Source: Takakia lepidozioides (taxonomy: Eukaryota; Plantae; Bryophyta). Taken from it: a DNA stretch of 64,000 bases. Made by a program: the position numbers and the translations under genes. The notes under the pieces are model-generated. The model saw nothing but the letters and a program-made list of their open reading frames with translations, ran no database searches and was not told the DNA's origin. The stretch is taken from the NCBI GenBank assembly GCA_030704615.1, contig CM060733.1, positions 71,672,001 to 71,736,000 on the forward strand, written 5' to 3'. Below, piece after piece: positions 47,712-57,800 of the stretch; position 1 is the first letter of the stretch, and every line of letters starts with the position of its first letter.

Positions 47712-50700
47712 CATGAACTATGTAATGTGGTATGTGGATGACCATGATTTGAAATGTGTAATTCACATCAATTCGTCGGCTGTGCAATGATATGGCCTCC
47801 AATTATACGGAGTGAGCTCTGAGTGACAACTTTTAGGTAGTGCACATTTGTCATTGCACCGTTCGAAGTCTACATGTCTTGCTGTCGCTATGCACTACAA
47901 TCATCTTTTGAAGATGATCATAACTCTCATTGTTATTTGAGGAGGGAGGAAGTCTTCTCGTGGCAGCCTTTATGGCGCACACTTTGTGAGGATATTTTGT
48001 CGTCTTCGTAATTGTAAAAGTGAAACAAACATTTGTAATTGCACAATGTTGGATGCTGTAATTGTAGGCCTCAACGCTCGTCTTGATTCTATTTAGGCAA
48101 GATTCCCTGCATTAATTCCACGGTTATAGGCGGCGCATGTTAATGCTGACGTGGCAATTGACGGACAGTGCCATGTCATCATTTACCGCCACATCAGCAT
48201 GCTGACATGACGCTCACGCCACGTCAGCATGTGTGCAGGCTCACACCACGTCAGCTGGCGTGAGCATACGCTCACGCCACGTCACTCCTGCGTGAGCGTA
48301 CGCTCGCGCGCTCGCGTGCTCACGTGCAACGCTCACGCCATTGCGTCGTTGTGACATTTTGGGCTAACACAGCTCTCAATGCTTCTCCTGAGACATCACA
48401 GTGTACATGAAATACTATATGCCAATGTGGGTTAATCAGCACAGGTGTAGTTGTTACTGACAATGTAAGTGCCTCAAATGCCTGTTAACATTCAGCTGTC
48501 CATGCAAATACTACATCCTTCTTCAAAAGCTTGCTCAATGGTGTTGCCATCTGTGCATATCGTTTGACAAACCTTCTATAATAAGTAGTTTGTCCAAGAA
48601 ACCTCCTTAGACCCTTAACGTTACTTGGTGGTGGTGAGGCTTTAATAGCCTCTGTCTTTCTAGGATCCACAAACAGTCCCTTCTTACACACAATGTGTCC
48701 TAGTAGTACCCCTGAATTCACACAGAAAGTACGCCTTTCTGGATTTAGACCAAGACCTCTCATCCTGCATCTGGCCAAACGTAACTCCAATTTCTGCAAG
48801 TGCTCATTCTTAGAGCTATATACACTGAAGTCATCTAAGAACACTTGCATGAAATCATCCAGATACTCATGGAAGGCCGATTCACTTATCACTCTCTGAA
48901 AAGTTGTTGGTGCATTACAAAGTCCAAAAGGCATGACTTTGTATGCATAAGCACCCCAATCTGTGATGAAAGCTGTCTTTCCCTGGTCTTCTTCCGCCAC
49001 TTGCACTTGGTTATATCCACTGAAACCATCCATGAATGAGTACATCTCATGGCCTGCCACAGTGTCCAGTACAGTTTGGCAAAAGAAAGAGATCTTTCTT
49101 TGTACAAGCATTCAACTTCTTCTAGTTCACACAAACTCTCAGTTTGCCATTCTTCTTTGGAACTATCACAATGGGTGACAACCAAGTTGTATACTCTATT
49201 GGGTATATGAACTTAGCCTCAGCCAACTTCTTGATCTCTTCCCCAACCTTCTGTGCATAGTTAGGATTCATCTTGTACCTAGCCTGTTTGATTGGTACCG
49301 ACCCTGGTTCCAGTTTAATCTTATGCTGGCAAATCTTTCAGATCCTCATAGCTCCAAGCAAATACATCTTTGTATTTGATAAACAGGCTCTTAGCTTCCT
49401 CAAAGAATTCTGGCTCCAAGTCAGCCCCTACTTTCACCATTCTTGGTTCCTCCTCAGTTCCCACATTCACGTCTCTCATCTGCTCCTTAGCTGTGATTGT
49501 CCATCCAACCACTACCTCATCTTGTAAACTCACAGTGGCTGGTTCTTCTAGGATTTCCATTTCTCCTTCTCTCTCCTCATAGAAATGTGGTGGGTAACTA
49601 CTTGTTTCACCCTCAATTGGTGTTGCTGTTACTGTACCACAACAGATACCTTTAAAACAACTCAGACCTCCCAGTTGCATTTATGCAACCTACTCCCACT
49701 CTGGGTGTGCAGCAAACAGGGTAGCTTCCTGCTCCTCATCAAGTCCTCCTCTCCAATCATACTCTCTGACTCCACGAGGTCTTTTGGTAGCAGATCGCCT
49801 TGATATTGCCCTCGGTGAGACCAGTCACGTCCATCTTCCGCTTCTCATTTTGCATGTCTCCACTTTGTTTACATCTTTGGGGTCAAACGCCGGCACTCCC
49901 TCGCCTCCTTCCATTTGCTCGCGCGACGGACCACTTGCTGTCTCGTCCTCTTCCAGCTGCTTTCCTTGGCTACCAGAATCCTCCTCTGCCTCTGCCTCTG
50001 CCTCCTTCACTACCTCGTGATCGCCTGCAGGCTTTCTACGAATCCCTAACTCTCCCCCTTTCGATTGAATCTCCTCTTCCCTCTATCCTCTCAAATCTCT
50101 CTTGTCATGCCGGGGGGGGGGGAGGGGGGTTCATCTCGTCTAGTAGAATACATCGTCTTGTCATTCTTTCCCTGGCTCACTTCCTGACTCTGCTGGAAGT
50201 GAAGTATAGAGACTGCATACACTTCATTCTCTACATAGAAACCCTATCTCGCCCACCCACCTCCAGCGTGACGACAAACGGATGACAGGGGATTGTAGTG
50301 TCTCCTAGAACATGGGAGGTGCATGGGAGTCGCTTGGAATGCAAAGCAAACTCTAGAAGTTTCAGATGGTAGGATGTGCAAGTGTCAGATGGGATAGCAT
50401 CTACGTGTCCACGTCCATAGAAATAAAAAAGGATGATGTACAATCTTGTGACTGACGACATTCGATCCAGTGATTTTCTGCCAATGCCTTCTTGGCATCG
50501 CGCGGACTTCGAGGACATATCATTTTTTCTGATCTTCGCTGACAGATTTCTGACAAGGATTCCTCCTAATAATTTTTACAACGACTCCGCACTCATTCCT
50601 CCTTTATTGCATTTGCTAAGTATAACAATATTCTTCGGGAAGATGAACTTTTCATCCAGGGCGGATGTATACTTTGGATGAAGGTTCATTTTTTTGTATT

Positions 50701-51021
50701 GGACAAATCATTCGTTCATTAATTGGAAGTCTTCTATTGTGACCATGGCGTGTAGTGCTTTCAAAATCAGGCCTCAGCCTCTATGTCCTCAGCTCTGCCT
50801 TCTTTCTCTACCCTGCTCCTCCATAATCTCCATAATCTCTCTCTATAATACTCACAGGCTCCCTGGCACTGTACCTCCTCCCTCTCCTACCGTAAGTCCC
50901 TGTGTAATTGTCCCCCTTCTATCCCCTTTGCTGCCTTTATACCCCTGCGATCTATCCTGACCACCTACAAGATGCTTTGACTCTAACCGTTATATATTCA
51001 TTTCTTGGTCTTGCTGTCAAC

Positions 51022-52089
51022 TGTTGCGCTCCCCATCATGATCGTGCGTTCCCGCTCCACGTTGCCCTTCATGGTCCTCGTTCCTGCTCATGGTCGACGT
51101 TCCCACTTTGCTTTGATATTCATGGTCTTCATTCCTGCTCATGGTAGGTCATGGTTCCTGGCCATGACCTAACTGTCATGGCGCAGAGTCATGGCGGCTC
51201 ATGGTCGTTGTACCATGACCGTTCATGGTCGTTGCGCCATGACAATTCATGATCGCGTTCAAAATTAAGGGTACCTGCAAAAGTCCTCCATTCCGCATAG
51301 GTGCTCACAACCCTTATAACATTACCCTCCCTTCTCAAAAAGCCGTGCCCTCACGGATCTATGTCTCGCAGTCATAAGGCCATTGTGATCGGGCACTACT
51401 GTGATTGTGGGATTCTATTATAGGGCTGTGAGTGCGAGCTTGAGCTGCTTGTTTGGTGGGAGGAGAAATATGCCTATTCTACGGTGTTGACTGTCCCGGC
51501 TGGTGGTCATCTGGTGAGGCTCATGTAATGGGTGAACCCCTGCGCTTCTTCTCAGCGATGATCTATTCGTAATGTGACACTTGGTCAAATTCTTCATTTT
51601 TGGACTCTGACTTAGTAGTGTCAGAGTCTTCGTCTGTCCGTTTGTGTTTGGGCTTGCGGACTTTTGGCACATATTTCAATGGTAGGTCATCAACACTCAT
51701 CATGTCAGGATGATGTCTAGACAAAGCATTCGAAACCTTGGCCGGCCTAATGAGCTTGGTTTATAATTTCAGCTCCATCTCTGTGTAGTTGGGAAGCTGG
51801 CCAGTTTGTTTCGCCCGGGTAAGCCAAGTACGTGCCTTGTGTCCCTCAAGGGAAAGATATGAGTATGGTCTCATACAATATTTTCCAATTCAACATGGGC
51901 CCAAGTGAACCAAAGTTTTAGTTGCTCCTCCTTCGCGATCATGGGTCGCACATCCAGATAGTTACGGACTGGAATGGGGGGTAAGGTCCAATTTGGGCCG
52001 TCAATGCAAGACCAATATCTATGTTGCATTTTCTGCCGTTCCACCTGGGATCTCATGACAAAACATGCTGCATAATAACTGCCGTGCAT
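51022..52089 (-). mobile_element. 3' end of a related gypsy family (D): extra-ORF tail, PPT and 3' LTR (~51022-51321)
   Basis: PPT GAGAAGGGAGGGTAA then TGTTATAAGGG. ORF YYAACFVMRSQVERQKMQ..WTLPPIP is homologous to B's YYAACFIARYHIEQQKMQ..WVLPSVP. CATGGTC repeats in the LTR. Confidence 0.8.
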
Positions 52090-52200
52090 GGGGGATGTCT
52101 TCACGTGAGCCTGGCCAAGTGAGCGTGTGAGCCTATGCTCACGCCACATGGGCTCATAGCCACGTAGGCTGACGCCACATGACGCACAGCCCAGCCCAGC
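52090..52200 (+). mobile_element. Terminus of a second element related to the 11-kb MULE
   Basis: GGGGATGTCTTCACGTGAGCCTGGCCAAGTGAGCGTGTGAGC..GCTCACGCCAC resembles AGGGATGCCTCGGCGTGAGCCTGGTCACGTGAGCGCGTGAGC..GCTCACGCCAC at 37327; it truncates element D. Confidence 0.7.
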
Positions 52201-52339
52201 CGCGGATGGAATCGTGGAAGATGCTGGGCCTAACACCGTGGGTGCACACCTATATCCGTGGAGACATGCAACATCTAGAAGGAAAATGCAATCTACAGAG
52301 ACTTTGTTTTTTAATTTCCGATGATAGTTTTTTTTCCCT

Positions 52340-53295
52340 TGACATTTGGGTAGATGGAGTGATGATTGTCGACGATCATCACTTCTTCTCTGATTTCTGG
52401 TTTTTTTTTTTTTCCCTTCTTCTCCTTCCTCGCATTTGACATTTGGCATTTTTGGATATGTGACTATCAACATTTCTGTTTTTTTTTTTTTTTTGCGCAT
52501 TTGCATTTGCATTTGGCATTTGGGTGGATGTGATAATCGGCGCCGATCATCACTTTTGGTGTTTTATTATTGGATGTGATGATCACTTCTGGGTTTTTTT
52601 ATTTTTTTTATTTTTTTTAATAAATTTATTTATCATTTGGCATTTGGGTAGCTGTGATGATCGGCACCGATCATCACTTCTGGTGTTTTTTTATTTTGGA
52701 TGTGATGATCACTTTTGGTTTTTTTTTTTTTTTTGTTATTTTTTTGTTATTTTTTGCATTTGGCATTTGGGTAGATGTGATGATCGGCGCCGATCATCAC
52801 TTCTGGTGTTTTTTTATTTTGGATGTAATGATCACTTCTGTTTTTTTTTTTTTTTTTTTTGGGTTATTTTTTTGTTATTTTTTGCATTTGGCATTTGGGT
52901 AGATGTGATGATCGGCGCCGATCATCACTTCTGGTGTTTTTTTAATTTGGATGTAATGATCACTTCTGTTTTTTTTTTTTTTTTTTTTTGGTTTTCTTTG
53001 TATTTGGCATTTGGCATTTGGGTAGATGTGACGATCGGCGCCGATCATCACTTCTGGTGTTTTTTCATTTTGGATGTGATGATCACTTCTAGGTTTTTAT
53101 TTTTATTTTTATTTTTATTTATTTTTATTTATTTTTATTTTAAACATTTGGCATTTGGCATTTGGGTAGATGTGATAATCGGCGCCGATCATCACTTCTG
53201 GGTTTTTTTTCCCCTTTTGTTTTTTGTTTTTGTTTTTCGCATTTGCATTTGAGTAGATGTGATGATCGGCGCCGATCATCACTTTTGGTGTTTTT
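52340..53295. repeat. Tandem array (~90-170-bp units) built on the 24-bp palindrome GTGATGATCGGCGCCGATCATCAC with T-rich spacers
   Basis: Eight copies, at 52359, 52530, 52654, 52777, 52905, 53028, 53172 and 53259. Confidence 0.93.
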
Positions 53296-53620
53296 GTTTA
53301 AAAACAAATTATAAATGTGTTTGGCATTTGGATTGTTGGGTGATTAATTGCAACACTTTCTTGAATGACATCAATCTTGATTTGCAATCAATTTTATTTC
53401 AGGCATGACATGCCCCACCAATGTTAGCACAGATTTGAGATGCATCCAACCCATAATACTTCCATAAACTCTTCTGGATGGCTTCCTGCTAAATCATAAT
53501 TTCTTGATGATCATCGACGACATCGACGATAATGTTGTGCGGGTCCAAGTTTTGACCCCGGGTACGAGGCGGATTAGGGTCCAGGTTACCTATCCGGATC
53601 TGGACCCGTGCCAGTTCCTA

Positions 53621-54377
53621 CATAAATTTAGGGCCGACTCTGACAAGAGGGAAAAACAGGGTGAAATGTGTTGAAGAAGGTGCCTGAACATTAGCAGTGC
53701 CTTGATCTATCATTTGTGCCGCTGCCGCTGCTGTTTCCAGTTGACCATCTACCCAACGACCTAACTTGCAGAATTCAATATGCATCTCAGGGCCGAGTCT
53801 GATGAGAGGGCAAAACAGGCTGAAATAGGTCGAAGAAGTTGCCCTCACCATATTGAGTCCTTGAAAATTCAATATGCATCTCAGGGCCGAGTCTGATGAG
53901 AGGGCAAAACAGGCTGAAATAGATCGAAGAAGAAGGTGCCCTCACCACATTGTCCTTGACCTTGTGGCATGATCCATGGAGGATTTGACCATCAACCCAA
54001 AGGACCCCTTGTGTGTGCTGCTTGTGTCAGGTGATGTCGGATTGGTCTGTGAGAACCAACACCATGCAGCTGAGCAGGCATAGATTGAATCCTGCATACA
54101 TTATATTCCACGTGATCAAAGATCGTTGAAGCATTCTGTTGAACACTTGGTGAGCATCCATGATGCTCCCGCACTCCATTGGCGCGAATCCACTTTGGAT
54201 AATGTGAGTGTGCATCTGCTTTCCAACTTCCAGACCTTCCATCTTGATGCACTTAAGCAAGAGAGAGACATATGTATCTGAATCTGCTGAAATGCCTCCT
54301 TGGTTTAAAGTCTGTAGAGGCTCTGTCAGACTGCCTGCCGCACAAAGCATCTTCACATGTCCAGAAGTGCCATTCTC
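53621..54377 (-). pseudogene. Further patchwork of PPR N-terminal fragments matching the TIR-element cargo
   Basis: LNQGGISADSDTYVSLLLKCIKMEGLE.GKQ.H.HIIQSG; segments match 16300-16970, 17285-17390 (inverted) and 19090-19300. Confidence 0.8.
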
Positions 54378-54445
54378 TACGATCCTAACGACTTCAAGCC
54401 CAACAGGGAAACAAACCCTACAAAAATGCCACGGGCTTCCATTAC

Positions 54446-54555
54446 CTGACCCTTCACTTTCAGATTAATGTGACCTCCCCCCCTCCAAAGGCTTCTTCTC
54501 CTCCTCGTTGTGAATTTCTCCTGCATTGTTAGTGCTATCCCTCCACACCAGCCAT
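54446..54555 (-). pseudogene. SUMO: SUMO exon 1 fragment
   Basis: MAGVE(D)STNNAGEIHNEEEKKPLEGGGHINLKVKGQ followed by a GT donor; 1-bp frameshifts; no later exons. Confidence 0.8.
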
Positions 54556-54899
54556 GATTCCAGCAACCACACCTAGCGCACAAAGGCAGACGCGCACAGA
54601 GACATGCAAACACAAACGAAGATAGTGAGGGAGAAAGAAGCAGCAGCGCGCGCGCGCGTTTCTCGAGCGGACAGGTATTTTTTCTGATTTTCTTAATTTC
54701 TTTTATTTTCCAGCATTTCTGATTTGCGAAATTGCTTAAATATGATAGATGCACGTGGTGCTCGTTGTAGCCTGCAGGGCGTTGATTAAACTGATTGAAC
54801 TTGTTAAGTTGAGGGGCTTAGAACCACCTTATTGAATTGAGTGAACCTACTGGATGACGATAGGCATTTTGGCCACTCCTTTGCTAAAACAAAGTATTT

Positions 54900-57800
54900 A
54901 TACACTGGGGTAGGAAGCGTTGGCCCTTCCATTTAGAGGTGACTTGAACTCAAGCCCTCGGCGAAGGAGGGGCATTGGGAGAGGACGATTTTCCCTCTTC
55001 TCCCTAGGCTCGGCAGGTGCCTTGTGAAGGGATTAAAACATGTCCCGGCTATAGGCGGCTCGAGGGCCTAGGCGGTAGGAATTAGGCAATAAAACACAAA
55101 GACTTGGAAGGCAGTTACTGAGTAGATTGTAGGACACCGTAGGACTTAGAAACACAAACTCGCCCTGTGAAGAGGAGTACGTGATTTCTCTTTGCCGGTA
55201 GGACTTAGATAGTGATCATAGCCACCATGTACGACCATAGACCCCCTGCACTAACCGCAGTCGGGTAGGCGGTTCAGTGAGCCCAACCTACACCGCAACT
55301 TACTTCGGCCCCCCTAGACTACTATGCCGTCACCCTGACCGCACGCGCTCAGGGCTCGTCATATGAATGGTGCATCTGCCGGGAGGTAAGTGAATAGTCA
55401 GAACTTCTCCAAATTGTTATGGACGGACTAACAATATGTGTTCTCGTCCTGATTTGTTTCTATGCAATACTTTACTGTTTATTCATGATCTTACTCCATC
55501 AGGTGGAGATTGAAGAACCCCATGCACATGAAGATTAGAAGCTCTTGCATGAGGGTGTTTGGATCAGTGTTCATTGAAATTACTAACGCCATGGCAATCA
55601 TGAAGCTGTAGCATGGCCACCGATCATATGGAAGCCCATCGCACGCATGGTGGGTCTTTACCGTGTTATTTCCGGCACCCAATCCGGCGAAGTGCGAACC
55701 GAAGATGCAATCGTAGTTTGCAGGTTAATGTGCGGCCGCATACTAGACATCGCCGAAGAGTACCAAGGGTACTGGATCTCGGCCAAAGTAGGGCCATTGG
55801 GGGACAAGGCTTTCACTGCCCCCATCTCTTCTTTTTTCAGGTTTAATACACGTTGGCCCAGGTGCTCCCCCTTCTTAGGGAATCTCTTAGGGTGCTGCCC
55901 CTCGTGTCGCACCATCGCGGACAAAGGCATCGATTTCCATCGTCCTCTTCCACCTATTCGGAGGTCTGGGGAGGCCACCTTTTTTTTGAGCAAAAAGAGC
56001 TTTATTGATCTTCCATTTGACTGGATGTATTGGCTGTTTGGGTGTGGGTTAGAAGATTATCTGGAGGTAGAGGAATGCCTACCTCACCCGAACACTACTA
56101 TCATCTACATTTGTCCACCCAGATTTTACAGCAATCGCAGTGAGAGTGAGGCAGCACTAATCATCGAATTGATCACCAACGGGCAGTTGGACGTGGCGCC
56201 CACCATACACGACATCACTTGGATTGAAGGACGTCCTTTAGCGGCTTCCAAAGGAGTCATTGCGGATCCAGAATGACTGTCGCCATTACAACAGTGACTG
56301 CAACGTGCCCCGACCACCTGAAGACTGGGTAATTCATGGGAAATTGCACACTGACGTGCCTCCATCGCCAAGGTTCTAGGGAAGGTATTTAAATATGACC
56401 TCATTTATTCTTGACATGGTTGTTCAAGGTAATATAGGTCCTTTAGTATAGGCTGAGGTAGGAGAATCCTCATCAGCACAACAGTGAGTGTATGTCTAGC
56501 TAAGGATCAAGAGCCACACTCCCAAGCTTGGATAGCATATCCTTTGATACTAGGTTACAAAGGAGACTGGCTCGAGAAGCCGTCAGAGATCAACTGCTAG
56601 GGAAACGCCCAGCATTGAGTCCACAATCAGACTCAGAAACTAGAAGGTCAGTTATGGCACATGTTCCAGGACCTCTTGAGGTACCTATTGTGGTCCCAGC
56701 AGGCCTGCCCCCGTTAACGTTACCCAGGCATTTGCCTTGGTTTTCCGGGGAAGCACATGAAAACCCAGAGTATCATGTGAAAAGCTTTATTCAATGTTGC
56801 TATTCTAACCAAGCGTTAAATGATGCCTATTGGTTGATATGGTTTCCCACGACCATGAGGGGTAGGGCGTCCACTTGGTATTGGCAACAGGCGTTTGGTA
56901 CATTTGTCACTTGGCAGCAAATTCAGGACGCATTTTTAGATCATTTTTGAGCGGTCCACCAGTTCACCAGTGTCTTGATGGCATTGGCTAGGATCCGCCA
57001 AGGCCCCACAGAGGAGGTGGCGGACTTTGAAATGCGATTTCGGGAGTTGATGCGACTCCAAAACCCTTTAACTCCCCTAGATGATGGGGTACTGAAGGAT
57101 TGTTTTCTGAGTGTATTACGAGAGACCACTCACTTTCATGTTTTGCAGCAAAGACCTGCAACACTGGTAGATGCCATACAAGCCGGCAAGGAGTTCGACA
57201 ACATGCATCGCCAGGTACAACGGGCCAAGATGCCCGACTTTGCACTTCCATCATACATTACGATCGAGCCCACGCAGGAGCCGACGCCATTAGTGGAGAT
57301 TCAACCCGCTCTACACTATACGCCGTCATATGTAGGAGGAGCACGGCCATACGCCCCGGCGACGTCCCCTACACCAGCAGTAGCACCGACCGTGCCACAG
57401 TATACGAATGCTGCCCCTACTAACTCGTATGCAGATTCCACTGGGCAGTCTGATTCACGGGTGGGCCATTTGGAGGCGCAAGTCACCTCTCTCATCAAAA
57501 CCATCGAAACAATGGGCAATCGCATGAGCTCCATCGGCCAGCAGATCACCAACTACGTGGGGTATCGAGATGCTGCTCCAGTAGGAGAATCCGGCCCCAA
57601 CCCGGCAAAGGTATGGTGCTCCAACTGCGACGGTCCTGGGCATGCTGCTCAACATTGTCCTTATCCCACCCGGGAGAGGCAGGTAAGCCGAAACCCGACT
57701 TATCAGGATAGATCAAAACGACAATTCAGTCAATCCAGGAAAGGTTGTCAAAAATGTGGCAGAACCACACACCCAACAAAAGACTGTTGGAGTGATTTAG

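Larger units (their letters stand above)
37326..48351. mobile_element. 11-kb Mutator-like (MULE) DNA transposon with a ParB-like/methyltransferase-like passenger gene
   Basis: 9-bp TSD TGACATTTT (37317-37325, 48352-48360); the empty site is seen in copy A at ~29610-29635. Imperfect 21-bp TIRs CAGGGATGCCTCGGCGTGAGC / GCTCACGCCATTGCGTCGTTG; subterminal GCTCACGCCACGTC repeats. Confidence 0.93.
30647..49792 (-). mobile_element. Ty3/gypsy element B (same family as A), 5'-truncated and split by the 11-kb MULE
   Basis: RT with VFLDDF (48485-49680), RH/IN (35700-37325 and 48352-48480), long 3' region with extra ORFs, PPT and LTR. Confidence 0.92.

Noticed and set aside
49795-50100. Acidic ORF fragment at the truncation point of gypsy B
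   Set aside because: It looks like a gene 5' end, but I recognise no family.
52524-53252. 242-aa Phe-rich membrane-like ORF
   Set aside because: It is a translation of the T-rich palindrome array.
52340-53295. CRISPR array
   Set aside because: The spacers are related T-rich low-complexity sequence, not unique; there are no cas genes; the context is eukaryotic.
1229-54555. Functional link between the Ulp1 protease and the SUMO fragment
   Set aside because: They are 53 kb apart in unrelated insertions and both are fragmentary; most likely coincidence.
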